Sequence record: NZ_CP072340.1
DNA: 64,000 nucleotides
DNA from: a plasmid
Reading direction: 5' to 3' (one strand)
Part shown: positions 39,195 to 49,768 of the stretch, in pieces
Layout of the letters: every line of letters begins with the position of its first letter
Position numbering within the stretch: position 1 is the first letter of the stretch
The notes under the pieces: generated by a model
What the model saw: the letters and a program-made list of their open reading frames with translations, nothing else
What the model was told of the DNA's origin: nothing
Databases searched by the model: none
Program-made: the position numbers and the translations under genes

Positions 39195-40718
39195 CTATCT
39201 TCTCGGAGTGTTCACTAGTGTTTTATATGCATCAATCAGCCCGTATCCGAAATCGTTATTCCAAGAACCATTCTTTTTAATCACAGAATAATCGACTGTT
39301 ATTTTTTTCGTGTTCTTTTCAATAAGATCGTTCACTTCCGTAACTCGCAGAGACGGATTCCTTTCCAATATCAAGGCTGCTAATCCTGCCACATGGGGAC
39401 ATGCCATGGAAGTTCCATCCATTTCTCCGGTCATGTTGTTGGGCATGGTCGACAAGATGTCGCTTCCCGGAGCCACAACGTCCAGTTTTTCCCCAACATT
39501 TGAGTATGGAGCCAAACTGCCTGTCTTCTCTATCGCACCAACAGCGATAATGGTGTCGTTGCAGTTTGCGGGATAACTGACAGGACGTCTCCAGTCATTT
39601 CCGGCTGCAAACACGATGACACAGCCTTTTCCTTCTCTGCCATACTTGAAGGCATTGTATATCGCCTGGTTAATGGCGGCGTGTTGTGTGGAAGAACCCC
39701 AAGAGTTGGAGATGACATCCACTCCGTTTCTCCATGCCCAATTGATGCCGTCAGCCCTTCTTATGCGACTGTTGGTGGTACCGTGTAAAGAGTTGCTGAT
39801 GGAAACAAGTTTCGCGTCCGGGGCGACACCTGCCACATGTATGCCATTGTTCCTTACTGCCGCGGCAATCCCTGCACAATGTGTGGCATGATCACCATAC
39901 AATATGCTTGGGGAGGTGTTGGTTTCCGTGTCATAACTCAAGCTTGAGACATTTTCTACGAGATCAATATGGTCCATGTCAATTCCCTGATCCAACACGC
40001 CTATCTTGATATTTCGTCCGGTGGCATAATTCCATGCGGCGCACGCTGAAATATCCATATCCGCGTAGTTGGAATTATACAGCCCCCATTGACTTCCGAC
40101 CAACGGGTCATAGGAACAATACAGGTCATTTGAAGAGAAATCCGCGACGGATGATGCGAACAGCCCCGTCTCATACAATTCATTTGCCACCTCCAGGGAT
40201 GTTTTTCCCGTGTTGGGTGTTATGGAAAGAATATACCACCGTGGCATGAATTTGTCCTGTTCCGTAATGACAAGGTTGTATTCCATCGCTTTTTCCCGCA
40301 ACAAAGAATAGTCTGATTCTTTCTTCAATTCCACATTGAGATAATTGGTCAAAACCAATTCATCCCCGTACTCGTTCTTATAGCATGGAAGTACCATGGC
40401 ATTGTCTGCCTCTGCCGCTTCTTTCATGGTCTTCAACAGCGATGGCGGACCTTCATTTCCCCTGCCAGCTTCATATACGGTTATGTCGTATATGTTGTCT
40501 TTAATGGTTTGGGAGACTTTAAACCCTGAAGATTCTTTTGCAGGTTGGAAACTTGCCCCCTTTTTATTACCTTTTTTATCCTTTACTACGCAGACTTTTC
40601 GCGCATTTTCCGCAATGTAAATTTTATTGCCATTGAAGTAATAATATGCCGATTGGGAAATGGCTTCTGAGGCAGTGATTGACACCAGTGCCATGAATAA
40701 TAAAATCCTTTTCATCAT
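39195..40718 (-). CDS. secreted S8-family (subtilisin-like) serine peptidase
   Basis: Signal peptide; catalytic D (IGVLDQGID), H (HATHCAGIAAA), S (GTSMACPHVAGLAAL). Confidence 0.85.
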   Translation of the reverse strand: MMKRILLFMALVSITASEAISQSAYYYFNGNKIYIAENARKVCVVKDKKGNKKGASFQPAKESSGFKVSQTIKDNIYDITVYEAGRGNEGPPSLLKTMKEAAEADNAMVLPCYKNEYGDELVLTNYLNVELKKESDYSLLREKAMEYNLVITEQDKFMPRWYILSITPNTGKTSLEVANELYETGLFASSVADFSSNDLYCSYDPLVGSQWGLYNSNYADMDISACAAWNYATGRNIKIGVLDQGIDMDHIDLVENVSSLSYDTETNTSPSILYGDHATHCAGIAAAVRNNGIHVAGVAPDAKLVSISNSLHGTTNSRIRRADGINWAWRNGVDVISNSWGSSTQHAAINQAIYNAFKYGREGKGCVIVFAAGNDWRRPVSYPANCNDTIIAVGAIEKTGSLAPYSNVGEKLDVVAPGSDILSTMPNNMTGEMDGTSMACPHVAGLAALILERNPSLRVTEVNDLIEKNTKKITVDYSVIKKNGSWNNDFGYGLIDAYKTLVNTPRR

Positions 40719-40863
40719 ATTCTAAATTTAAGAATTAAGACTGTCTGTTATATAAAAATCCTCCGTATTTATATTCTGCCCATGCAAACAAGCTGTGATC
40801 CTGACGGAACTAAGGCATGCCGCATGGACAGAATGTCAACTGTCTGTTACAGGCGTACTACCG

Positions 40864-42153
40864 TCAAATGACGACTTTATATGATTTCCCGTCAATGGAA
40901 ACAACATAAATACCGTTTGACGTCAGGTTCAAAACGAAATTCCGTGAAGTAACAATATGGTCGGTAACTTTCTTTCCGTCCGTTGAATAAATACATACCG
41001 TCGCGCCTATCGGTGCATCTATTATCGTTATTTTTCTGTCTGACGCTTTGATTTCCATCTTGCCGTTAGACACACCGCCGAGTCCTGTGCCGATGTTCAC
41101 ATCGAAACTGTTCTTGGCATTTACCGACACATTGCCGTCAGCTGAGATTACCGTACCCTCGGGGATCACGATACTGCAGCCTTTTTCGGGGACTCTCAAC
41201 CCACTGAAATCACAGGAAACAATCCATCGGCCCCACCTGCCATCCTCATCTTCGGACAGCGTGGGCGTGACCTCCTTGATCAGTTTGTTGTCGGTGTCGA
41301 ACAATTGAATTTTGGGGTCTGACGAAAGCATGACGGCCTGCCTGTAGTAAAAGCGCACCTCGCCGAGCACGTCAATGCCGTGATTGTCAAAGAGGCTACA
41401 CCATACATAGGTTATCGGCTCTATCGGCTTTGTATATCCACCGATGAAATCCACTCTCGTCTCTTCGTTGGTGATGTCCGTGCGAAATCTGGGGCTCAGA
41501 CTACCTTCTGGCATTACGAGAGAATAGTGGACGCCTTTCTCAAAATTCATCTTCATCCCGAAGTCGGCATACGCCTGCCCCAGGTTCCAGTCCCAGCCCA
41601 CATGCGCATCGAATGTCCTTACGGGCACTCCCTCGCGGTACAGGGTCATGGTGGGGCTGCCCACAGGCTCAGTCTCGGTCCCATAGTAGAACCAGATATG
41701 CTCTTCGGTTTCTACCGAAGAACCGTTTTCCACCGAGCACTCAGTACTTATGATCTTTTCGGGGACTTCAAAATCAAATTTCAGGTCTCCATTTTTTACG
41801 TCGGGCGCGCTCTTCAGGAAGATTGCCCCCGCCGGAATTTCCAACTTGTAGGACTTGCCCTTGGGAAGGACAAGTTTTTCAAAGGTAACAAGTGCGATGC
41901 CTTTCTCCATATAAGTATCGGAGGTAATCACACCGGTTGCCATTGTCTTGTCTCCGCAGGTTATGGTCGCCTTGGCGTCTTTGGATATGTCAACATGAGC
42001 CGTAAATTCCATGTGAACCTGATTTATAGGCTCATAGACAAGCTTATTCTCAATGCTGCACTCCTGAGGTACTAAGGTTGCAACCTCGTTGGCGTAAGCG
42101 GATATTGCGGACATGCAGAGCCCGACAATACCGAGGAATAAATGCTTTTTCAT
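40864..42153 (-). CDS. lipoprotein/secreted protein with T9SS C-terminal sorting domain
   Basis: Start at MKKHLFLGIVGLCMSAISA; C-terminal ..SNGIYVVSIDGKSYKVVI Por-secretion-tail-like. Confidence 0.5.
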   Translation of the reverse strand: MKKHLFLGIVGLCMSAISAYANEVATLVPQECSIENKLVYEPINQVHMEFTAHVDISKDAKATITCGDKTMATGVITSDTYMEKGIALVTFEKLVLPKGKSYKLEIPAGAIFLKSAPDVKNGDLKFDFEVPEKIISTECSVENGSSVETEEHIWFYYGTETEPVGSPTMTLYREGVPVRTFDAHVGWDWNLGQAYADFGMKMNFEKGVHYSLVMPEGSLSPRFRTDITNEETRVDFIGGYTKPIEPITYVWCSLFDNHGIDVLGEVRFYYRQAVMLSSDPKIQLFDTDNKLIKEVTPTLSEDEDGRWGRWIVSCDFSGLRVPEKGCSIVIPEGTVISADGNVSVNAKNSFDVNIGTGLGGVSNGKMEIKASDRKITIIDAPIGATVCIYSTDGKKVTDHIVTSRNFVLNLTSNGIYVVSIDGKSYKVVI

Positions 42154-42234
42154 ATTAAGCTCCTTTCTTTGAATTAATTTATTAATATTAAGGTCTGAAC
42201 TACCGTATGGGGAAGTCTGCAAAAGACCGTAAAA

Positions 42235-43725
42235 TCAGCGACGGGGTGTATTGACAACGGCTTTATAGGCATCTATCAACCCATAGCCGTAATGTTCGTT
42301 CCAGCTTCCGAATGCCTTGTTGGTGTCGTATGCGTATGTCCCGATTTTCTTCGCATTCTTTGCGATGATTTCCCTAACTTTATAAGCAGAAAGTTGGGGA
42401 TTGCGTTCAAGTATCAAGGCAGCCAATCCTGCCACGTGCGGAGCCGCCATGGACGTTCCTCCCATATATGTAACTGCATTTCCGGGTACTGTTGACAGAA
42501 TATAAGTGCCCGGAGCCGTAACGAACATGTTCGACCCGTAGGCAGAGGTTGTCGAAAGCGTCCCGTCCTGTTTCATATTTGCAACAGCTATCACTTCCGG
42601 ACGATAGTCTCCGGGGAAGGAGATAGGACCGCTTGTATTGCCTGCCGACTTCACAAACACGCATCCTCGACCTTCTCGACCTCTTGACAGAGCCAAGTCG
42701 ATTGCCTCCTTGACTATATCCTTATCGGAACACCACCATGAGCAAGAGATGATATCCGCACCATGCTGCCAAGCCCAATTTATTCCATTCGCCAGATTGC
42801 TTTCCAATTCAGTTGAACCAGACAGGGTGTTGCTGACAGACATTAAGGTGGCATCCGGGGCTACTCCTGCCACCTGTATCCCGTTATTCCTTACAGCTGC
42901 TGCAATTCCTGCACAATGTGTACCATGGGCACCGTAAACCTTGCTGGGAGAGCTTTTTGTTTCCGTATCATAACTCAAACTGCTGATATTGTCAGCCAGA
43001 TCCTGATGGGCAAGATCTATGCCTTGATCGACAATGGCAATCGTGATGCCGCGCCCTGTTGAGTATCCCCATGCCCGGCTGACAGAAATATCCATCCCTT
43101 CATATGTCGAGTTGTACAGTCCCCATTGATTGAGGACGTTCGGATCATAGGAAATTTCAAGGGCATCGAAAGAGAAGCCCGGCGAGGAAGATGCAAACTT
43201 TCCGGATTCATATATCGAGTTTGCCACCACTACTGCATCTCTTCCAGAGGTTTCCGATAACCTCAGGCTATACCATAGTGGCATAAAGGGATTCTGCCCT
43301 ATAATTTCACAGTCGTATTGTCTTGCAGTACTTTGCAGAGCCGGATAATCTTTTTCCGATTTCAGCTTTACATCGATATATCCTGTCGGGATAAGTTCCT
43401 TTCCGTCCTCAGTTACGAAGCAAGACTGTATGGAGACAGGATTGGAGACTGAAGCGTATGCAAGCGATTTGACTGTTTGGGCTGTCATAGAAGACCTAAC
43501 CTTATAAACTTCTATTTTGCTTCTGCTGTCTGAAATATTCTTTTCAAATTGCAGATTACAATTGTTGACACTCGCATTGCCGGCGAGAGGGGAGATTACT
43601 ACAATTTTGGAAGCATTTTCCGTCAGAGGAATCCGTTTCCCATCATAATAATAAAATGCATCCTGAGCATAGGACACTATATTCACAGCCAATGCGAACA
43701 AAAGAAATATGATTGTCTTTTTCAT
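42235..43725 (-). CDS. secreted S8-family serine peptidase (paralog)
   Basis: IAIVDQGIDLAH (D), HGTHCAGIAAA (H), GTSMAAPHVAGLAAL (S). Confidence 0.85.
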   Translation of the reverse strand: MKKTIIFLLFALAVNIVSYAQDAFYYYDGKRIPLTENASKIVVISPLAGNASVNNCNLQFEKNISDSRSKIEVYKVRSSMTAQTVKSLAYASVSNPVSIQSCFVTEDGKELIPTGYIDVKLKSEKDYPALQSTARQYDCEIIGQNPFMPLWYSLRLSETSGRDAVVVANSIYESGKFASSSPGFSFDALEISYDPNVLNQWGLYNSTYEGMDISVSRAWGYSTGRGITIAIVDQGIDLAHQDLADNISSLSYDTETKSSPSKVYGAHGTHCAGIAAAVRNNGIQVAGVAPDATLMSVSNTLSGSTELESNLANGINWAWQHGADIISCSWWCSDKDIVKEAIDLALSRGREGRGCVFVKSAGNTSGPISFPGDYRPEVIAVANMKQDGTLSTTSAYGSNMFVTAPGTYILSTVPGNAVTYMGGTSMAAPHVAGLAALILERNPQLSAYKVREIIAKNAKKIGTYAYDTNKAFGSWNEHYGYGLIDAYKAVVNTPRR

Positions 43726-43733
43726 TGCAAATA

Positions 43734-44663
43734 CTATTTAATGATTATTTTCTGTGTATAAATTGATTTGCCCTTCTTTGTCAAAGTGCAAATATATATG
43801 CCTTTTGAAAATTGAGGCACATCGATGTTCTTTGCCGTCACGGACGAGGAGAGAACTTTCTGTCCGTATATATTGAGAATGTCAATGTGGTCGCAGTTCG
43901 CTATGGAACTCAACTCTATCGAGCCGTTATGGTATGCCATACGGATAGTCTGCTTGTATTCAATATCGTCAATACCGGTTTCTTTGAGATTGATGACGGG
44001 ACGAATGGGAAGACCGATTGTTCTCTTGCTAGATCTTCTGCCAACACTGCCTGAATCGTAATCTATATCTTTGGCTTTCGTTATAAGATCATCAGGATCT
44101 CCTTCTGCTCTATGAAGCGTTCCGGTCCAACAATATCCTTTCCAATTCTGGTTACGATATGTTGTCCCTTGATATGTAGCAGCGTATCCGGCAGCAGGAA
44201 GAAACAGGGTGTTTTCATTTGCACCATAATGGAAGCGTCTGCCCCAAATGCCGTCCACTTCCTCCCATTTATTCCAGCAGAGTCTCACGAGTTCCCCTAC
44301 CTCCTCAAAAGTAGGCAGGCGCCATCGTCCGCCCCATTTTACCCTTGCTGCATCGTATTCCGTCCCGCAGATATTTTCTCCGATATTCGTGCATAACGTG
44401 TAATAGGCAACTCCGGGAATCTCCTTGTATCCTTCAAAGAATTTGTAATTCTCATTAGTATATTCCTCTTTAGGCTCTGTCTCTCCCCATGCAAAGTAGT
44501 CTCCGAAATCTATGGAAGACTCAGCGCCGATGTTGCAGGTTGCCCACAGGGTACCGCTGGGCAATCCCATGTCCACATACTCATGACCGTCTATGACGTT
44601 TGTCTGCGCATGGGAAACAGAAACGAGTAGGATGCTTAATATGGATGTAAAAAGAAATCTCAT
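43734..44663 (-). CDS. secreted protein with DUF1566-like (Lcl C-terminal-like) region and T9SS C-terminal domain
   Basis: GGRWRLPTFEEVGELV motif; C-terminal KGIYICTLTKKGKSIYTQKIIIK. Confidence 0.45.
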   Translation of the reverse strand: MRFLFTSILSILLVSVSHAQTNVIDGHEYVDMGLPSGTLWATCNIGAESSIDFGDYFAWGETEPKEEYTNENYKFFEGYKEIPGVAYYTLCTNIGENICGTEYDAARVKWGGRWRLPTFEEVGELVRLCWNKWEEVDGIWGRRFHYGANENTLFLPAAGYAATYQGTTYRNQNWKGYCWTGTLHRAEGDPDDLITKAKDIDYDSGSVGRRSSKRTIGLPIRPVINLKETGIDDIEYKQTIRMAYHNGSIELSSIANCDHIDILNIYGQKVLSSSVTAKNIDVPQFSKGIYICTLTKKGKSIYTQKIIIK

Positions 44664-44730
44664 ATCATATGAATTTTATAAGGAGTAGGTTCAGGCTGAA
44701 ATTAGCCAATCCTACTCCTTGGTCTATGAT

Positions 44731-46338
44731 TTACTTGACGAAAATCTTTTTCGTTTCCATACCATTCTCATATGTGACTGAGAAAGCGTAAACACCGCCG
44801 TTCTTTATGTTTAGAGAATTCAAAGCGAGTGTGACGGAAAAGGCATTCACTTTTACCGAACTTAGTTTGACACCGGACATGTCATACACTTCCAATTTGC
44901 TCATCTTCCTTCCTGATGAAATCGTTATGTCTGAAATTAGAACAGCAGGACACGGGGTAATGGAAAGTTGAGAGTCCCGTTCAATCTTTGAAACGTCTGT
45001 TGTGCCGTTCTGCTTTGCCTGTGCGGGAGCAAGGAAGGCGGACACATTCGCATCATTGCTTACACGGGCAAGAATATTGCAAGCCGATTCTGGCTTGAAT
45101 GAACTGTAATTAGATACATGTATGCCCGTCGTTTCAACAAAGTATCTCTGACTGATGTATGAATCCCTATTGCTTAGGTTATATTGGTTGAGCTTTGCAT
45201 AAGGACCATCATCGTTAAATCCGACCACATTTTCTGCATCATTTCCTTCAATGAAGAGCATGGGATCGTCAGTGCCGGGAGTATTGCAATTCGTCATAGT
45301 CGCATACTCGTGACCGTCTGCCGGTATTTCACACTTACAATTCGAAAAATATATCGGAGCGTTCTCATAGAAGTAATTGCCATTGACATTCAAGTCCGCC
45401 ACACTCAGCACTCCATTGCCAGCACTCCGTAGTTTTATCAGATACATTCCTGTTTTCGGTATCGTGACTTTCAGTGTTGCGATTTGATTATTAGGGTTAT
45501 TCAGAGCCTTTTCTGAGAGATGTCCCCAATTGAGCCCCTGCATCTCTTCCGATGTAGCAGGAGTGTAAAAAAATCGTGGTTTCATATCTCCAATTGGAAT
45601 TGTGGGGAAAAGACCCTCTTGAGGGGAATTAGCGGGGAAAAGTATTTGTTTCCCATAATAGACCATATCTATTTTATGAGCTATTCTACTTGTGGAAGTT
45701 ATAAAAATCTCTTGACCTTTCGTGAAAGAGAATGTCCGATAGAAAGAATATTTCAACGGCACATGTGTAAAATACTTAATGCCCGCAGCATCACGTGAAT
45801 CACTTTCCGTCATTTCCGCCATGCTTACATCTGGAGTGCCATCTGATGAGACGGCTTTTCGCAGGTATGAGTTAAAACCGGCGGACTGAAATCTCGTTGC
45901 CATCATGTTCCGTGATATTTTGACGGACTCTACGTTTGGCACTTCGGGGGCATTGGTTGCAATTGATATTGTGTTAATGCCGTTTTTAAGTTGCAGGGCA
46001 GGTTTCGCTTCAACGGAAGCAGACTGCCAGTTCCCAACGGTTGGCTTAACCGAACCGGAAAGCGTGCCGTTCACATACACCTTGAATGTGGTGAATTTCC
46101 CGTTGGCATACCTTGTCGGCTGAAGCCAAAAATTAACGTAATAATCACCTGCTTCAAATGCCTGAACCTCAAAGTTTTTGTAATTTAGCACATTGTCTGT
46201 CGTTTCATACATACTTTTGATCTCTAAAACATTGTTTGAAGTCAAAGGTTTGCTCTCATTTCTCTGTGCATTTGCATGTTGTACAGGAAAAGTCGTTGTT
46301 AATGCACAGAATACTGTCATGAATAAAATTTTTCTCAT
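44731..46338 (-). CDS. secreted protein with T9SS C-terminal domain
   Basis: Signal peptide MRKILFMTVFCALTTTFPVQHANA; C-terminal ..GGVYAFSVTYENGMETKKIFVK. Confidence 0.45.
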   Translation of the reverse strand: MRKILFMTVFCALTTTFPVQHANAQRNESKPLTSNNVLEIKSMYETTDNVLNYKNFEVQAFEAGDYYVNFWLQPTRYANGKFTTFKVYVNGTLSGSVKPTVGNWQSASVEAKPALQLKNGINTISIATNAPEVPNVESVKISRNMMATRFQSAGFNSYLRKAVSSDGTPDVSMAEMTESDSRDAAGIKYFTHVPLKYSFYRTFSFTKGQEIFITSTSRIAHKIDMVYYGKQILFPANSPQEGLFPTIPIGDMKPRFFYTPATSEEMQGLNWGHLSEKALNNPNNQIATLKVTIPKTGMYLIKLRSAGNGVLSVADLNVNGNYFYENAPIYFSNCKCEIPADGHEYATMTNCNTPGTDDPMLFIEGNDAENVVGFNDDGPYAKLNQYNLSNRDSYISQRYFVETTGIHVSNYSSFKPESACNILARVSNDANVSAFLAPAQAKQNGTTDVSKIERDSQLSITPCPAVLISDITISSGRKMSKLEVYDMSGVKLSSVKVNAFSVTLALNSLNIKNGGVYAFSVTYENGMETKKIFVK

Positions 46339-46581
46339 GTCTTAAAACTTTTATTATTAATAACTTGCCTATATTCCCTTTTATGGGATACTGACAATTT
46401 CATATCATTCAAAATGATAGATTGTACAGAAATTTTGCTGTCAACAAATATGAATAAATTTGTAACAGATAAAAATTATTTTGCTTTTATTTATGCTTTG
46501 GATGAAATTGATTATTATTTTGTTCTCTTTTGTTTTTTACAAACTCCTTGCAAGGGACTTCATAAATACAGAGGCTAACTA

Positions 46582-47718
46582 TCATACAGATAGAAGCACT
46601 GTTCCATACGAGAACCTTCCACTCTCCGGTACAAGAAGAAGTATCTTGTTTCCACGTTTAATTTCTTTTGTCCTTATGAGCTCTTCCAGTGCCACATAAA
46701 TGGCAGCCGAACCGATGTTGCCTACAGAAGTAAGGTTTGTAAACCACTTCTCTTTTGTCAGAGCAATGTTACGAGCAGCAATTTCGTCATTTAACTTCTC
46801 ATAGAAAAACATTGATGATACATGAGGTATAATATAGTCTATCTCATCTGCTTTTATATGATGTTTGGCAAGTATGGTTTCGATATGGTCAACCCAATAC
46901 TTAATAATGTGCTTCTTTAATTGCCGTATGTCCTGTTTGCCCACAAGTACGGCACGCTCCTTAATCTCATCAGGAGAGAACTCCTTCCAGCTTTTGAGCC
47001 GTCCGTTTTCTTGCAACTCCGATGCCATAAACATACAGGTAGGTAGTTCGTTGGCATAGGAAGTCATATCGACCCATTCGATTTTGAGTGGGCATGTTCC
47101 TTCGGGATGATCTTGCACCAATACCGCTCCTGCACCATCAGAAAGCATAAACCGCATAAAATCCTTCTCAAAAGCCATATAAGGGTCTTTGTCAGGATTG
47201 TCATGTGTAGCTTCATACTCCGGGTCATAAAATTTGGATACCAATGCAGGTGAGGTTAATTCTGATGCCACGCATACAGCTTTTTGATGCAGTCCTGCAA
47301 GAATATTGCTATAGCATATTTTCAATGCCTGCAATGAGGTAAGGCATACACCTGCAGAGGAAAATATTTCCATAGGATAGTTGGCTAATTCTCCATGAAC
47401 CATAGACGCATGGGAAGGAAGCAATTGGTCGGGTGTGCTTGTCCCACAAGCCAATAATGTCAGGTCATTTGGAATTTGTCTATTCTCAAACAGCCCACAT
47501 ACGGCTTCTTTTGCCAATTCTGCATTCGAGTGTGTTAGGCTTTGGGTTTTGTCCAACCCGTAATATCTCGTTTTGATGCCATTTTGTCTAAGGACAATGG
47601 AACGAACCCTTGACGGATTTCCACCAATTTTCCCAATATAGTCCTCCATATCCTCATTGACGATGGGAGAATTAGGAAGATATGCCGATACGCTATTGAT
47701 ATATACTGCTTTTTCCAT
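46582..47718 (-). CDS. FabH-like beta-ketoacyl-ACP synthase III family ketosynthase (thiolase superfamily)
   Basis: N-terminal ..YINSVSAYLPNSPIVNEDMEDYIG.. , active-site Cys context SSAGVCLTSLQAL, C-terminal ..FSYGTVLLSV. Confidence 0.65.
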   Translation of the reverse strand: MEKAVYINSVSAYLPNSPIVNEDMEDYIGKIGGNPSRVRSIVLRQNGIKTRYYGLDKTQSLTHSNAELAKEAVCGLFENRQIPNDLTLLACGTSTPDQLLPSHASMVHGELANYPMEIFSSAGVCLTSLQALKICYSNILAGLHQKAVCVASELTSPALVSKFYDPEYEATHDNPDKDPYMAFEKDFMRFMLSDGAGAVLVQDHPEGTCPLKIEWVDMTSYANELPTCMFMASELQENGRLKSWKEFSPDEIKERAVLVGKQDIRQLKKHIIKYWVDHIETILAKHHIKADEIDYIIPHVSSMFFYEKLNDEIAARNIALTKEKWFTNLTSVGNIGSAAIYVALEELIRTKEIKRGNKILLLVPESGRFSYGTVLLSV

Positions 47719-47725
47719 AGGAATA

Positions 47726-48352
47726 TTATTTGGTTATTAAATAGTATATTGTGTATATTTGCTCTTTCAATTCGGAAATGGAAAGTTGGCTGCTCAATGC
47801 ACTTCTGTATGACAATCCAAGATATATATTTCTAATGGAAGATATAATCTTTTCTGTTTCCACAGTTTGAGTAATCTCTCCTTTCTGTTTGGCAAGCTCT
47901 ATCACCTCTTTCCACTCAAGGCTCTTTCTTTTCTCGTATTCTTGAAACTTCTCTTTCCAATCCGGATAGTTGTCTTTCAGATACAAGATAAATGACATGA
48001 AATTGGCAGGAGTGACTGTGCCTTTTGTCATTATAAAAAATGATTTCATACGGCGACCGATGTTTTCTACACGATTATCAATGAAGTCCTTTAATGGTGT
48101 CGAGCTTGTAAGTTCAAGAAAGTCTGTAGCATCATTTGTCAAGAATTCAAATACAAACCTATCAACGGCATGACTGAATATATCCTCCTTATTCTTGAAG
48201 TGATGAAACATATTGCCACGAGAAATGCCGGTCGCTTCCACTAAATCCGAAAATGATACTGCTGCATAACCTTTTTTCAGAAACAGCCTGAACGATTCAT
48301 TAAGGATAATGTCCCTTTTGCTTATGCTTTCTTTAACTATTTGTTTTTCCAT
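47726..48352 (-). CDS. TetR/AcrR-family transcriptional regulator
   Basis: RDIILNESFRLFLKKGYAAVSFSDLVEATGISRGNMFHHFKNKEDIF HTH; likely start MEKQIVKE. Confidence 0.75.
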   Translation of the reverse strand: MEKQIVKESISKRDIILNESFRLFLKKGYAAVSFSDLVEATGISRGNMFHHFKNKEDIFSHAVDRFVFEFLTNDATDFLELTSSTPLKDFIDNRVENIGRRMKSFFIMTKGTVTPANFMSFILYLKDNYPDWKEKFQEYEKRKSLEWKEVIELAKQKGEITQTVETEKIISSIRNIYLGLSYRSALSSQLSISELKEQIYTIYYLITK

Positions 48353-48691
48353 TATTTCATACTTGCTAAATTCAAAACAGAACGTTTGTTCCGTGCTTAT
48401 AAGTGCAATATTATGCAAATTATTTCAATCCGCCAAATATTTCGGGGGATTTTTCTTCAAAAAGTTTCATTTCTCTCTTTTTTTTTCATTTTACAATAGA
48501 AAAATAGTTGTTTCTATTCATTTTTGCTGATTAGGCAATAAGGCTAAAAAATCCTGACAAATTACCTCCATTAAAATTAGTTGGTAATGATTTTAAGTGC
48601 TCCTACAAATTATTTCCGTAAAAACACACTGCTTTCATCAGAAAATATTATCTTTGCACTATCAATTTAAGTGTTCTTTGGGGCGTTGTAG

Positions 48692-48800
48692 AATAAAGAA
48701 GGGAAAAGAAACTCGCTCGTTTCCAACTCGTAACCCATTTATCCTTTATTCATCCTTATTCTATTGATTATCTGAAAGATACAAAATTCTAAAATCTTTT
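48692..48800. repeat. conserved right-end block of element 3
   Basis: Near-identical to 27650-27760; supplies ..KRF + stop to the topB 5' fragment. Confidence 0.7.
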
Positions 48801-49748
48801 GCGGGGATAGGTCGTGATTTTCTTCTCATAGAGGCTCTGGGCAATCGAGAGGGTCTTGTCTGCTGAAAAGCCGTGGCGTCTGTTGGCTTCTTTCTGCAAG
48901 GCAGTAAGGTCGTACAAGAGTGGTGGTACGGTATGTCCCACCTGTTTTGCGACCGACTCTACTTTAAGCCGGCTCTGACTGCGGAGCGCAGCGAGAGCTG
49001 TCTGTGCCGATGCTTTATCCTCATAGTCTTCACAGCCAACGGCTTTCAGCGACACGCCCTCTTTCTCCATCAGGGCGGAGAGTTTCCAATAAGGCACGGA
49101 AGAAAAATCACGGTTCTCTATGTATCGACGGCAGACCATAGCGAGGGTTGGAGTCTGTACCCGTCCCAACGAATAGCCTCCCCTGCGGGCAATGGAAAGG
49201 GCACGGCTCGCATTGATTCCCACGAGCCAGTCGGCTTCGCTTCTTGCCTTGGCGGAATAATAGAGACTGTCGTAATGGCTTCCGGCCTTGAGATTAGAAA
49301 GCCCCTCACGGATAGCTCTGTCCGTGAGTGAAGAAATCCAAAGGCGGTCGAAGGGTTTTCGGCAATTGAGATAGGAATAGATGTATCTGAAGATAAGCTC
49401 ACCCTCCCGACCTGCATCGGTAGCAACGATGATGCGGTCAACCTTGTCAAAGCAGGATCGTATCACCTTGAGCTGCTTGAGTGCTGCTGGGTCGGATATA
49501 TAGTCCTTATCCTTACGTACTTGTCGTACCACTAACTGAAAAGGATTGGGACGGATGGGTAGATCTTCAGCTTTGTAGGCAGAAAAACCATAGGTTTCGG
49601 GCATGGCAAGGGCGATGAGGTGTCCCATTGCCCAAGTAACGAGATAACCGCAACCTTCCAAGCATCCGTCCTGCTTACTGTTTGCTCCGACAATGCGGGC
49701 AATGTCTCTGGCTACCGAGGGCTTCTCGGCAATAATACAAGTTGTCAT
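48789..49748 (-). pseudogene. topB: DNA topoisomerase III, 5' fragment (Toprim domain to active-site TYPR)
   Basis: MTTCIIAEKPSVARDIARIV Toprim start; ends ..KKITTYPRKRF* with last codons in element-3 end. Confidence 0.8.
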
Positions 49749-49768
49749 AGTCTGAAATCGTTTTAAGG

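Larger units (their letters stand above)
33700..48800. mobile_element. nested integrative element 3 (15.1 kb) inserted in topoisomerase III; cargo of S8 proteases, T9SS substrates, ketosynthase, TetR
   Basis: 9-bp direct repeat CGGGGATAG at 33697-33705 and 48800-48808; conserved left and right end blocks shared with element 2. Confidence 0.75.

Noticed and set aside
46481-46699. 72-aa hydrophobic ORF
   Set aside because: AT-rich promoter region, overlaps the 3' end of the ketosynthase gene on the opposite strand.
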